From positions 28,272,001-28,336,000 of the forward strand of contig OZ024746.1 in the NCBI GenBank assembly GCA_964016885.1: DNA of 64,000 nucleotides, in the 5' to 3' direction. The DNA is from Eledone cirrhosa. Lineage: Eukaryota. The notes under the pieces are model-generated. The model saw only the letters and a program-made list of their open reading frames with translations. It ran no database searches and was not told the origin of the DNA. Positions 41,341 through 56,637 of the stretch are shown here, piece by piece (position 1 is the stretch's first letter; each line of letters starts with the position of its first letter). Made by a program: the position numbers and the translations under genes.

Positions 41341-42339
41341 CACTCTCATGATGTTAGGCAGTGAGATCGAACCGAAGCAACTCATTATTGCGAAGTGAAC
41401 TTCTTCACCACCCAGCCATTCCTGCGCCTTAACCCAGTGGATAAACACAAATACATGACATAACACTTCTTTTTAATTACTTTCCTAATTTATCTTTGAG
41501 AGTTTGTATGTTAAACTGGAATCTGTTGACCACATGGAAGGTTTGGCTTCGATAATAAATCGATAGCTACAAGTTAAAAGCCTCATGTAAATAAACCACA
41601 TTTAGACCATGTTATACGTCTTCTGTACTTGACATATTCAATTAAATACTTACATGACTTGTATAAACAGAAATCTATCTATTGTAGACGGTGGATGAAA
41701 CTTACTAACTAGTATAAATAAACATACATGCATACATACATGCGTACATGCATATATAAATACATACATACATATATACACAGACACACACTTACTCGTA
41801 TAAAGAAACAAACATACACACTAACACACACACTAAATAGTATAAAGAAACAGAAACAGATAAACCCACACAAACTAGCATAAAGAAACACACACATACA
41901 AACACACTGACGCTAACAAGTATAAAGAAACACGCACACACACACACTGACACTAGCTAGTAAAAAGAAGCACTCATACATACTAACACTAACTAGTATA
42001 AAGAAACAAAACACTCACACACTCATGCACTAACTAGAATAAAGAACCACACACACCGATATTAACTAGTATTTAAACAAATAAACACACACACACTAAC
42101 TAGTATACGGAAGAACTAACATTCAAACTAACTGGTGCAAAGAAACACACACAATGTTTTTAATGTGTAAGATATTTACCATTGTATGCTTTACAACCAA
42201 GACATTACGATTAGCAGACGACATCAGTTAACCTGGAACACCAGTAGTCGCAGATACATACAATATAAACAACTCGATCAAGAAATGTTTATTCTTCGTA
42301 TACCTATAATATCTACGAGCGAACATTAATATATATAAA

Positions 42340-42728
42340 GGGCGGTAGATTGGCAGTATCGGTAGAGGTCGGACGCCATGCTTTCCAGCATAGTTACGTC
42401 CCTTTACGATCTGAGTTCAAATCCCGCCGAGGTTGACTTTGCCTTTCATCCTTACGGGGTCGATAAAATAAAGTACCAGTAATGCATTGGCTAATTGCTG
42501 GCCTTGTGCCTAAAGTAGAAACAATTAATATATATATAGAAGGGCGGTGAATTGTCAGTATCAGTAGAGGGTTGGACGCCATGTTTTCTAGCATAGTTAC
42601 GTCCCTTTACAGTCTGAGTTCAAATGCCGCCGAGGTTAACTTTGCCTTTCATCCTTACGGGGTCGATAAAATAAAGTACCAGTAATGTACTGGGTAATTG
42701 CTGGCCTTGTGCCTAAAGTAGAAACAAT
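42340..42728 (+). mobile_element. Two head-to-tail SINEs
   Basis: Copies at ~42340-42526 and ~42542-42728, separated and flanked by ATTAATATATATA. Confidence 0.9.
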
Positions 42729-42983
42729 TAATATATATATATATATAGAAGTGTTGATATCCGGTTGATTTAAGAAACATTGGGAAAATTTAAAATTTGT
42801 AATGTAGTTGTTCCAATGTAACTGACGATAATAATACTAGATCACTATAAATAATTGTTGGAAAAAATCAGATACCATACTTGAAAAAAATAAATACTGG
42901 GACTTGGGTGATGGAATAAACCTTTCAAAACCCACCATGGTTACCATGGTTATATTCTAATGATTGAAACCATAAAAAGATAA

Positions 42984-43019
<36 letters not shown>

Positions 43020-43020
43020 G

Positions 43021-43056
<36 letters not shown>

Positions 43057-43257
43057 AAAGGTAAACAGAAATAACAACACAATCGGTACAGTATATGGAA
43101 GGTATATATTAGTTTAACGCTTGATATAGCAGGAAGAGCGTCTTAACACACACACACACACACACATATATATGTATATATATAGATATATAAACAATAT
43201 AATGTAATGATGTAATGATGGCATATTAGTTTTAACTCTTGATATAGCCGGAAAAGA

Positions 43258-43295
43258 GTGTTAAAGTTTCGGATGCAAGTCTGTCATCGGAAGAT
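43258..43295 (-). ncRNA. Degenerate minimal hammerhead-like motif (CCGATGA core)
   Basis: TT-CCGATGA-CAGACTTGCATCC-GAAACTTTAA; stems weak. Confidence 0.3.
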
Positions 43296-43443
43296 AGAAA
43301 AAGAGAGAAGCGAGTATGTTTAGGCGACAGAAGATGAACGAGGAAGACAGACGAGATTAAAATGGCAAACGGGAGAAAAAGTAGTTAGGAAAGAATGCAC
43401 GCATTGTTGTTAACCATCTTGAAAAACGAAAAATACAAACACC

Positions 43444-43495
<52 letters not shown>

Positions 43496-45207
43496 TTTTC
43501 TTTTACTCGTACTTAGAAAGAAATGCTCATCAGCTTTTCCTCAGTAAAACTTTCAGTTTAGTTCGATAACTTTACATGTTCTTCTTAACTGTCTCTTTCT
43601 TTCATTCTCCTTTCTTTCCTTCCTTCTTTCTTTTCTTTCGTTCTTTAGAGTTTTCTCTTTGTAATTCTTCAACTCTGTATGACTTAGTTTGAAGTAGGAA
43701 AGAAAATAAAAGCAGAAATAATAAAAAAAAACAAAACAAACTCAAAGAAAACTCAAAAACCCAGAAAATTTTTATCATTTCAGGACATGTATGTGGATTT
43801 CCGCTGATTCAGCAGATCTTTTGGAAAGGAAAACTAAATATGTTTTTAAAAACAAAATTCAAATTAATTTGTTTGTTTTTTTTTTGTTAACGAAAAAGAT
43901 CAATTTATTTAAAGCAACTATTTAAAAAGAAAAGGAAAATAAAAAATAATAAGTAAAAATCAATCAATCGTTTCTTTAAGTTATGCAAGGCAAAGAAAAA
44001 TTGACAAATTCTTCATATGTATTGTGATTCATTCTAGGAGATAAAAGAATAGATTGAAATAGAGAAAGACGAGAAGAGAGCTTTGTTCGTGGCTTCATTG
44101 AAAATTTCTTCTTCATTTAAATTTATTTACTCATTTTTTAACCTTTTTATTTTAAAATATCAACATTTTAGTTATTATTTTTGTTCTTTAATTTTTTTTA
44201 TAGAATATTTCCATTTTCGAATTCCGATGTGTGTAAGACATCTTAGCAATAAAAAAAAGGGGTTCTTATTTTTGTCAATTCGGAATTTTAAAATCGCAGA
44301 ATTATGTAAAAACAGCGAAAATAACACAAAAAAATCAACATCAATGAAAAGTAGGAAAGAAGTAACATTGATTTGAATGAAATAAAATTCCTTTAAAAAG
44401 ACCCTTAAAAGACTCACGCACACACATACATACATATGCAATCACACGCACACATACACACATACAGGCACAAAGCAGAACTTGATTTACCGATTCTAAT
44501 TAATTCCTAATTATATTATCATCATTTTTGTTATTGCTTAAGGAAGAAACCTGTGTAATTAATTGAATGGATATCTATAGTATTAACAAAAAAACCTATC
44601 ATATCACTAGTGTACCTGTGTCGTCAATAATGAGTATATTAACATAGAACGTATCATACTTTGGATTCCAAGATTGCTACGCCATATATACCAGAATTAC
44701 TGAATATATAAACATTGAACAATCATTCAAAGTGGGAACTTTACATGAGATTTAATTAAGATGAGATTATATTTGTAAGATATAATCGTGACACCGGAGC
44801 CCTGGCCTTTCCCTTCCTTTTCTGTTTTCGTAACCACAAAAGACACTTGAATATTCAATGAAACTTTACTTTGTGTATTGAGTACTGTTTTTATTTGCTT
44901 ACATATATTCAATATTTGAATACATACTTCTAGTCTTTGATTATATAACTATCCAGTATTTATGTACAAATGACATACAGGATTAAATATATAAGTAACG
45001 TTTGAGACATATTTACAGGGGAAAATGTAGGGTTAGAACCCAGCACCTTTTGAGGGGAAAAAGGTACTTATTATAGCAGCAACATGATGCTGATTGGCAA
45101 TACATTGTGTGTGTGTGTGTGTATGTGTGTATGTGTGTGTGTGTAAATTTTGAAGTCTTTACATACACAAACACACACTGACATACGTATTATTATGGTT
45201 GATAGTG

Positions 45208-45834
45208 AGGGCGGTGGATTGGCAGTATCGGTAGAGGGTCGGGCGCCATGCTCTGCGGCATAGAGTTATGGCCCTCTACGGTCTGAGTTCAAATCCCGCC
45301 GAGGTTAACTTTGCCTTTCATCCTTACGGGGTCGATAAAATAAAGCACCAGTAATGTACTGAGGTCGATTTAATCGGCTTCCTCCTCTCCCAAATTACTG
45401 TATATAAGAAATTATTATTATTATGGTGTTAGGGCGGTGGATTGGCAGTATCGGTAGAGGGTCGGACGCCATGCTTTCTAGCAAAGTTACGTCACTTTAC
45501 GGTCTGAGTTCAAATCCCGTCAAGGTTAACTTTGCCTTTCATCCTTACCGGGTCGATAGAATAAAGTACCAGTAATGAACTGGATAATTGCTGGCCTTGT
45601 GCCAAAAGTAGAAACAATTATTATTATAGTGTTAGGATTAGCAGGGCGGGGGATTGGCAGTATCGGTAGAGGGTCGGACGCCATATTTTGATGTATAGAG
45701 TTATGGCCCTTGCCATTTTGAGTTTTAAATCCCGCCGAGGTTAACTTTGCCTTTCATCCTTACGGGGTCGATAAAATAAAGTACCAGTAATACACTGGTT
45801 AATTACTGGCCTTATGCCAAAAATAGAAACAATT
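45208..45834 (+). mobile_element. Three head-to-tail SINEs
   Basis: Starts at ~45208, 45431 and 45643; ATTATTATGGT-like spacer repeated. Confidence 0.9.
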
Positions 45835-45842
45835 ATTATGGT

Positions 45843-45979
45843 GTTAGGAAGGGCATCCAGCCGTAGAAAACCTGCCAGACTGTCCTATACGAGCAAAACA
45901 ACCAATCTTACCGCAAGTGGGACAATTCCCGTCTAAACCCATGCTAGCGTGGAAGATAGAGGTTAAACGATGATGGTGG

Positions 45980-46010
<31 letters not shown>
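45843..46010 (+). mobile_element. Second SINE-like family, 3' part with (GAT)n tail
   Basis: AGGAAGGGCATCCAGCCGTAGAAA...ACCCATGCTAGCGTGGAA...GTTAAACGATGATG. Confidence 0.6.
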
Positions 46011-46469
<459 letters not shown>

Positions 46470-46605
46470 ATGAGTATTGACGTACCAATACTCATCTTTT
46501 TACATTTCTCCGAGGGTTTTTAACCCCACTATCAGGCTAAATAATTTCTTTAATTTCTTTAGTCAAAATACGGCGATACCTTAACCTTACATTTCTAATA
46601 ATATA

Positions 46606-47231
46606 TATATATATATATAAAACATGAGAAGAAAGAAGAATACTGCGTAGTTTGCACATGGGTTACATATGATAAAAATAGTCCTTCGTCAGTGATTTTC
46701 CAACCATCATTGGTTTTCATCGCATTAAAAATCAGATGCCTCAGGTTGTTGCGAGCAATAACTAAAAAAAGTTATTGGGACAAGAATTCGCGTAAGGCGA
46801 GAGGGACAAGTAAACAACATAGAAGGATAAAAGCAAACCGAAGATAGGAAAATAAATAAGCAACATGGTTGTCCGGTCAGCATAAGCTGCGTGGATTTCA
46901 TGAGCGAGAGAGAGGTACAGACCGTGTTGATGTGTGTGAGATGTGAGCAAGAAGAGACCCACACAAGCCAAACGGGAGGAAGTGAGAAGGGGAGAAACAG
47001 AGAGTGAATGAGTGGAAGTGTGAGGAAGAGGTCAGTCGAGAGAAAGCGTAACTGACAGAGGGGGCGAAAGAAGGTAAGAGAAACAGAGAGAGCAGGGGAG
47101 CAGTAAGAGAGAAACAGACAAACGCAGCCGAGGTAAATATATATAAAAAACACGAGAAGAAAGAAGAATACTGCGTGGTTTGCACATGGGTTACATATGA
47201 TAAAAATAGTCCTTCGTCAGTGATTTTCCAA

Positions 47232-47234
<3 letters not shown>
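46606..47234. mobile_element. Element with ~95-bp direct terminal repeats between (TA)n
   Basis: AAAACA(T/C)GAGAAGAAAGAAGAATACTGCG...TTTTCCAACCA at ~46618 and ~47147. Confidence 0.6.
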
Positions 47235-47280
<46 letters not shown>

Positions 47281-47282
<2 letters not shown>

Positions 47283-48335
47283 CAAAGGAATTGTGGTAAG
47301 GAACCAGAAGGACCATTACGCACCAGAGTACTCAATACTTAGGGTAGTAGAGTGGGAAATAGGAAAAAGTATGACTCAGACGGCAGAGCTCAAGCCATTT
47401 CGACGGCTATTTCTGGACTAAATTAGAATTTTTAGCCTGGTGAATAAATAGCCAAACTTTTCAAGGGGGTACTTCCTTATATGGGAAGATTGTAGTTGTC
47501 AAGAGGATTGATTAAAATTTGTTGTAAACACAAATAAGTCTGCCATGGAATTTGGTGGGAGGTAGTGGTGGCTGAACTTGCCTGTAGAACAATAGGGGAG
47601 TGAGTGGAGCGGTCAAGCGTTGAAAAAGTGATATGTATACAGCAGATTCTAAGGCTAGTGTATGAAGTGGAGGAGGGAGGTAATAGAAAAGGTAAATCGA
47701 ATGAGAGTAGGAGACAATAAAAGATAATAGAAAGAAATTAAAAAAAAATATAAAATTAGATAGTGAGAAATGAATAAAAAATATCACAATGCTATCTTAC
47801 AATTACAAGTTAATAATTTGAGAATAGAAAAAACTTGTAGAAATTGAGTAGTACCAGAAGTGATACAGAATTAAAGGGGTTTAACACGTCTGCTATAAGT
47901 AGTTAGAAAAACGTATTCGGCCAATTCTATCTTAAAATTACAGGGGTGGGGGAACTGATGCTACAGAGGCCCGATGGGCTACATCGGAGTAGGCGAAGGG
48001 GTAAAGCAGACGAGGAAGAAAATAGGGGGTAGAAAGAAACAGGGGGAAGAAGAAGACAAAGCGGAAAAGAAAAGAAAAGCGATACATCTACCTAAGTAAG
48101 CTGGGGTTTCCCCTAACTTATTCGGCAAGTAGGGGGGTATCAGCCCTTGTCTACCCACCCGGGTCGTTATGGGGTTTGAGGGCGAGGTACGTCAATACTC
48201 ATCTTTTTCCATTTCTCCGAGGGTTCTTAACCCGACTATCAGGCTAAATAATTTCTTTAATTTCTTTAGTCAAAATACGGCGATAGCTTACATTTCTAAT
48301 AATTTCAAACCCACTCGCTGTTTCGAAAATATATA
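47281..48335 (-). mobile_element. Longest family-A copy with U3-A8 hammerhead (47374-47469)
   Basis: CCCCC-TTGAAAA-GTTTGGCTATTT...AAATAGCCGTC-GAAA-TGGCTTGAGCTCTGCCGTC; the left boundary is firm, the right boundary uncertain. Confidence 0.65.
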
Positions 48336-48338
48336 CTT

Positions 48339-48372
<34 letters not shown>

Positions 48373-48715
48373 AATATATGTATATGTATGTATTTATATA
48401 TATATCCAAAATTAAGATAAATCAAATGAATTTAATCTAAATCAAAATTATGAGTGCCAGAAAGACATGCGCCATATCACCCGCAAAATAAGCTCTAAGA
48501 TTCTAACTAGTAGGTCCGAGCATTTTATAATAACTAGAAATTGATTAATATGATTAATATGACTAATCATATTATAAGGTATCTATTTTTGAAGTTCTGG
48601 TCAACTTTGTTTAGTTACCTACCTAGCTATGTGTGGTTACACACTTGTAAAAATTATCTCCTGTGATTAATCATGTTTATTTATATGTTAATCAATTTCT
48701 AGTTATTATATATAA

Positions 48716-48775
<60 letters not shown>

Positions 48776-50670
48776 CGGGAGAAGAAAGATTTACTGTTAA
48801 TATTTTTCGAGTTCATTTGCTGTTAGAAGTAATAAATAATGTGATATTTTACAGCGCAAACATTGCAAATTCAATTTTTTCATTTAACTGATAGGAAGAA
48901 TCTTTATTATTTATATGGTATATAACCAGATAACTTACAGCCTTTAAAACCTACATCTTCTCATGAAGTTAGTATTCTTTACATAATTCGCAGTCAACGT
49001 AATAATATTGCTGACTCGACAACATAGAATATATGGCATGCCTAAAAGTTTAATGTGTGTTGGGCCTCCATTGACTCCGACAGCGAGTGTTCTAGTTGAT
49101 AGAACAACGGAATATTCTACCCATGGAATTAATGTGCATGTGGCTGAGTATTCCACAGGCACGAGTACACTTAATATAGTTCTCAGGGAGACTCAGCATT
49201 ACTATCTCTCTCTGTGACAAGGCAGCCTTTATGAATTACAATTACAACTCATTTCTTCTATTCGGCGAATTGGAGCAACGTGAAATAATGTGTATTGCTC
49301 AAGAACAAAATCTGCCACTCTATCCGGGAATCGAACTCACCACCTTGAGCCGAAATTCTAATCTCAATTAAATACAGAAATACATACTCACTCCTCCTAG
49401 GCTCAGTTAATCGTAGATTGGTAGGTGTGAAAATGAGTTAATTACTGCGGACACGAATTTAAAATTGGTCTTTATTTAGCACGAGCCTAACGTGTAGTCT
49501 ATTCAACCTTGGAAACATTTATGAGCCATTAAGGAACCATTAAGGAGCCATTAAGGAGATGATGATGGTTTCTGCTTTAAGCACAGGGTCAACAATTGTT
49601 TGGGAAGGGAGAAGTGGATTATATTGGCGTCTGTGTATAACTGGTACGTTATTCATAGAACTTGCAAAGATGAAAAGCAAAGTTGACCATAGCGGAATTT
49701 CGACTCAGAATGTAGAAAGCCGAAAGAAATACCGCAAGGCATTCTATCCAACATTCTAACGACTTTACCCTATCCATCCCCAGTATTGCTATTCTGTAAA
49801 CAAAGTCGGTGGAGAGGTGACCAACATGTCTTCCGGTATTTAGTTACATTCTGTGTTCAAATCACCCCCCCTCCCCATTCTGTAAACTTTGTATTAAACT
49901 CGCTTGAAATCTATTAACATTTTCCATTATTCCATTCTATGAGAGAAAATAGTAAATTTAATTACAAGTAATTATTGATTATATCAATGTTGTGCACTGA
50001 TAGAAACAGCTGGAGATTAGACTGGCAACATTACCAAATTTCTCACATTTCATGCATGAATTAATGAGAATAAATATTATATAATATGGAATGGACTTAC
50101 GTCGCTTTCGATGATGAATATCCTAGTGGACAATTAACAGAACACACTGATAAGGAAATTAACGTAGAAATGGTCGCACATTCTATAGGTACATGAAAAA
50201 CAAGATCGGACCTTTGAATTACAGGGATATTCCTTGCTGTATCATAATTTCACAGACACCTGTAGCATTAACGTAATCAGCGAGATTCAACATGTCACAG
50301 TGTCTAACAAGACCGGACCATTTAATTACAGGTATATTCCTTGTTATATCACAGACCTGTATAGCATTAACAACAAAATTTAACTCGACGCAGAGTGTCA
50401 GAAGGCCGGACCTTCGAATTACAGGTACAGCCCATCTTTTATTATAATGAAAATAGCTGAGCAGTCCACAGACATTTGTAACATTCGTAATTCTCAGGGA
50501 GATTCAGCATGACACAGTAAGACTGGTTCTCTGAATTACAATACTCTACCAGTGTATCACCTTGAGGATAAACTTGTCTGTGGAATACAAGCCACATTCA
50601 ATGCCTTATGAGTTAAATTTGAAAAACGGAAACTGCAGAAGCCCGTCATCTCTCTATATATATATATATC

Positions 50671-50710
<40 letters not shown>

Positions 50711-50821
50711 AGTATAACGTTTCTTCCTTTTTTCACTCTCTATCTTTCTATTCTTTCTTTTATTTCTCATTCTAAATTCTGAAACGTTAAGATTCCTTTC
50801 CTACAAGCATTAAATTAATAT

Positions 50822-51260
50822 ACGGGGTCGATAGAATAAAGTACCAGTAATGCACTGGGTAATTGCTGGCCTTGTGCCTAAAGTAGAAACAATTAAATTA
50901 ATATATTATATATGACGCATAGAGTTATGGCCCTTGCCATTCTGAGTTCAAATCCCGCCGAGGTTAACTTTGCCTTTCATCCTTACGGGGTCGATAAAAT
51001 AAAGTACCAGTAATACACTGAATAATTGCTGGCCTTGTGCCTAACGTAGAAACAATTAAATTAATATATTTCTCGGGGGAAGGCAGTATCGGTAGAGGGT
51101 CGGACGCCATGCTTTGCAGCAAAGAGTTACGGCCCTTTATGGTCTGAGTTCAAATTCCGCTGCGGTTAACTTTGCCTTTCATCCTTGCGGGGTCGATAAA
51201 ATAAAGTACCAGTAACACACTGGGATAATTGCTGGCCTTGTGCCAAAAGTAGAAACAATT
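50822..51260 (+). mobile_element. Three head-to-tail 5'-truncated SINEs
   Basis: ATTAAATTAATATA occurs before, between and after the copies. Confidence 0.88.
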
Positions 51261-52203
51261 AAATTAATATATTTCTCTATTGTACTGTATTGTTTACTTT
51301 GTTGTTTCCTTTTTACATTTCATATACATGTGGGTGTGAGTGTATGTGTCTATGGCTGTATTTACGTATGTGTTTGTGTCTCCGTTTATGTCCCGTAATT
51401 TATTGTTTCAGCAAAAGAAAGAGATCGGTAAAATAACCACAAGACGAAAAGAAGAAAAAAAAAGACAAAAATAATTTCTACTGTGGATTCGATCGACTAA
51501 ATCCATTTAATGCGTTGCACAGAATGGCCGCACTCTAGTGGCTGAAACCACTGAAAAAAGAACAGAAAGTATATCGTTAATAAGAAAGAAAGAGACAGAA
51601 ATATTTCCCGAGGCCAAAGTTCATCAACGGAACTACTTCACTTTACAATAAAAAAAAACAACACGACAATATACATAAAACACATGAAAAAAACCTGCAC
51701 ATAAAACAAAAACTCATCCACAAAACGAAGAGGTTGTGCCATAACAAATACATAAATATAGATTTATGGTAATAATCTTTTTGGTTTTTGTTATATGTTA
51801 GAAACTTACTGGATCTAGGACTGCATTGTAGCATCTCTGTACAATTTCATGCCCTGAAATACATCATACATCCATATTTTGGCAACTGTTGTCTCCTAGG
51901 AATGGTAAAATTTGATAAGAAGCTGTTATTGATATCAGCATTTCTCTGCGATGTACAGGAATGTTGTGTTACAACTATCTGTTTATCTCACACACCATAG
52001 CATGTCTTACAATAGAAGCAGTACATATTACATGCAACGTTAACCCTTTTGCTCCTTACATCGACAATAAATATAATAAGCATTGACAAAAGTTGTAGGT
52101 CTACTTGTTTTTGCATATAAATGTATATGCAAGTTTATATATATATGATAATGATTGTGATAAAGAGGCGAAACTACAGAGTAACAAGAGTCATTATTTA
52201 TAT

Positions 52204-52265
<62 letters not shown>

Positions 52266-52268
<3 letters not shown>

Positions 52269-52456
52269 CACTCTACTACCCTAAGTATTGAGTACTTTGC
52301 TACGTTATGGTCCACCTGGTTCCTTACCACATTTCCTTCGTTATATATATATATACGCCGAGGTTGACTTTGCCTTTCATCCTTACGGGGTCGATAAAAT
52401 AAAGTACCAGTAATGCACTGGGTATTTGCTGGCCTTGTGCCTAAAGTAGAAACAGT
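52266..52456 (+). mobile_element. Family-A tail followed by a SINE 3' half, both in (TA)n
   Basis: Sequence identity to the families above. Confidence 0.8.
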
Positions 52457-52655
52457 TATATATATATATAATTGAATATAAAAGAGAGATAAACACAGAT
52501 ATAAACATACATGTGTTCAAATCGTAAGGGACCAGGGTTCGCTAGGGTAAAAAGAATAGGATTTGAACATCTTTGGTTATCTCTCTTTTATATTCAATTA
52601 TATTACACGGCTCAGAAAAACCTCTTTCTTTGAGCTATTTAATTGTAAGAGGTTA

Positions 52656-52744
<89 letters not shown>

Positions 52745-52757
52745 CATATATACATAG

Positions 52758-52788
<31 letters not shown>

Positions 52789-52799
52789 CATATATATAT

Positions 52800-52852
<53 letters not shown>

Positions 52853-52944
52853 GTAGGAGGTGAGTTTTATTGTAGTACAATAAAGCAATGCAGATATCTG
52901 CATTACTATTGTTATATTTTTATATATATATTTTTTTAATAATA

Positions 52945-53180
52945 TATATCAACAATTTCTTTCCATCGCACATATTATTAAACTCTTCAATATTCAAACC
53001 TTAACTTAATATTATTCTTAATACATATCAACAATTTCTTTTCATCGCACATATTATTAAACTCTTCAATATTCAAACCTTAACTTAATATTATTCTTAA
53101 TACATATCAACAATTTCTTTTCATCGCACATATTATTAAACCCTTCAATATACAAACCTTAATTTAACATTATTCTTAAA
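52945..53180. repeat. 79-bp unit, three copies
   Basis: AACAATTTCTT at 52951, 53030 and 53109. Confidence 0.9.
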
Positions 53181-53505
53181 TTTTTCTCTTCGTTAATTTT
53201 CAAATTCTTTTAATTTATATATTATCTTGCAACGGTTTTTTAACCTCTCTATGTAAAACAATATATTTTTCTCAGTTATAAAAGCTATCTCTCTCTCTCT
53301 CTATCACCCATCTCTCCTCCTATCTCATCCTTCCTTATTATACTCCTCCCCCTTATTTACTCTCATCTCCTCTTCTTTTTCATCCTTTCCACCCGCACCC
53401 TCAATTTTTTCCCAATGTCACACATCAATCTAAAACTACTTTTCATGTGTTGATTTAAAACTGCACTATTCACAAGTGTTTTTTAACCTTCATATTATGT
53501 CTCCC

Positions 53506-53576
53506 TATTTTATCTGACGAAAACGCAAATGTCATCGCATGATGATATTTGTTTTTGAATTGCGCATAATAAAATA
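53506..53576 (+). ncRNA. Minimal hammerhead, same family as 58342, with GAAA changed to GAAT
   Basis: TATTTTAT-CTGACGA-stem II-GAAT-TGCGCA-TA^ATAAAATA. Confidence 0.65.
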
Positions 53577-53604
53577 CATGGAACTCTTTTAACCATCTTT
53601 TGAT

Positions 53605-53760
<156 letters not shown>

Positions 53761-53788
53761 ACTCCATACTTGGGGTAGTAGATATATT

Positions 53789-54468
53789 TAGCCAGACTGT
53801 GGTCCTCTCATTAATGCTGGATTGGCATTATCGGTAGAGGGTCGGACGCCATGCTTTGCAGCATAGAGTTACGGCCCTTGCCATTCTGAGTTCAAATGCC
53901 GCCGAGGTTAACTTTGCCTTTCATCCTTACGGGGTCGATAAAATAAAGTACCAGTAATACACTGGGATAATTGCTGGCCTTGTGCCAAAAGTAGAAACAA
54001 TACAATTAATTACTGTCTTTCTTCTAGAAAAACAAATTACAAATAGCTGTTGTTGTTCTCGTTGTTTATTGTTGACAACAACAACACATCAGCGATAACA
54101 ACAACAACAATAACAACGAGAACAACAACAGCAGTTATTTGTAATTTGTTTTTCTAGAAGAAAGACAAATTAGATCCTGATGGACTTTCAACTAAAAAAC
54201 TGATAGTAATTAATGCTTTCTTATATAGGTACAAGGCCATCAATTTTGGAGGAGGGGAAAGTCGATTAAATCGACCACAGTACGTAACTGGTACTTTATT
54301 TTATCGACCCCGTAAGGATGAAAGGCAAAGTTAACCTCGGCGGGATTTGAACTCAGATAATAAAGGGACGTAACTCTATGCTGCAAAGCATGGCATTCGA
54401 CCCTCTACTGATACTGCCAATCCACCGCCCTACTGATCGTAATTAATAACAGGACCACAGTATGGCTA
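53789..54468. repeat. Imperfect fold-back carrying opposed SINEs (53818-54001 +, 54215-54431 -)
   Basis: Outer arms TAGCCAGACTGTGGTCCT / AGGACCACAGTATGGCTA; inner arms 54014-54167. Confidence 0.8.
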
Positions 54469-54614
54469 CATTTCGGCCCTAACTCTTTCACTAATATAAA
54501 GAAAGTTCAAGAAAAACTGTTAGCTTATAGCAAGTTACTACAACGCAGCTTTCACTATAAAATAATCTTGTATATATAAAACCCTAGAGTAGGTGAACTT
54601 TGGAGAAAGTTTGA

Positions 54615-54880
54615 AGGGCTTTATATGACTAGAGACTGAAGTGGTTTATATGACTAAAGTGTGAAAGGGTTTATATGACTGGAGTGTGAAGGGATTTATA
54701 TGGCCAACTTGTTTGAAGGGGTTTATGTGACTAAATTGTATAAAGGATTTTATATGACCAACTTGTTGGAAGGGGTTTATATGACTAAGTTGTCTGAAGG
54801 ATTTTATATGACCAACATGTCTTAAGGGTTTTATATGGACAACTTATTTGAAAGGGTTTATATGACCAACCTGTTGGAAT
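54615..54880. repeat. ~27-bp minisatellite
   Basis: Repeated GAAGGGTTTATATGACCAACTTGTTT. Confidence 0.85.
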
Positions 54881-54936
54881 ATTTTATAGTTAAATCTGTG
54901 TTGCAGCAGCTAACACACTTTCAAAGTTCAAATTGC

Positions 54937-55020
<84 letters not shown>

Positions 55021-55274
55021 ACAATGATAACGGTAGTAACGATGATGATCAAAACTAAGATTACATTGATATCACAGTTGCTTCTGCTGTTGATGGGGAT
55101 GATGTCGATAACGATGATGATGATAATGATGTCGATGATGATAATGATGATGATAATATTTATAATCTAATTGTTTGCTGTCAGATCAGATGTGTGTATG
55201 TGTGTAGATAGATAGACACATACATACATATATGTACATAGATATATGTATGTATATACATATATGTACATAGA

Positions 55275-55328
<54 letters not shown>

Positions 55329-55348
55329 AACATGTATATATAAAGATA

Positions 55349-55422
<74 letters not shown>

Positions 55423-55986
55423 AACATGTATATATATAGATATATATATGTATATATATATATACATATATACACACACGTATATATTAATGTTTTATCC
55501 TATATGGAGAGAAACCAATTTTCGTTTCATTTGTATTTCTGTTTTTCTTTTCGATAAAATATATTTCTATGATGTTAATTTATATTATTATTAACTAAAT
55601 TTTATTCTTTGTTTTGGTAAAGTTTCCATAAATTTGCCACAACTTCTTTGATGTTAATTTAATACTTTTCCTATTTCACACGTTTCTCTTTCAATAGATT
55701 TCTTCCATTGGCACTCTTGACATTTTCACTCAAAAATTATCACAAATTATTACACTCCTTAAATAAAAACACAGAAAAACACAGATGTAATTGACGAAAA
55801 TAAGTCAACGAATTGACACACACACACACACACACACACATATGTAGATGTATACTCAACACAGACATTTACAAACACTAACGTATTTATATCACTATAC
55901 ACGCACATGAAACATTACGTTCACATGTGGTATGCATGCACATACTTACAATCCAAGGCATACAGACACTAATGTCAGTGTGTGAT

Positions 55987-56022
<36 letters not shown>

Positions 56023-56024
56023 AT

Positions 56025-56203
56025 AATTGTTTCTACTTTAGGCACAAGGCCAGCAAATACCCAGTGCATTACTGGTACTTTATTTTATCGACCCCGTAAG
56101 GATGAAAGGCAAAGTCAACCTCGGCGGGATTTGAACTCAGATCGTAAAGGGACGTAACTATGCTGGAAAGCATGGCGTCCGACCCTCTACCGATACTGCC
56201 AAT
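56025..56203 (-). mobile_element. SINE
   Basis: Near-consensus reverse complement. Confidence 0.9.
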
Positions 56204-56231
56204 AATGAGACAAGCACAGATATATACATAT

Positions 56232-56637
<406 letters not shown>

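Noticed and set aside
46680-46725. Type II hammerhead around minus-strand CTGACGA
   Set aside because: Stems I and II do not close and the cleavage position would be G.
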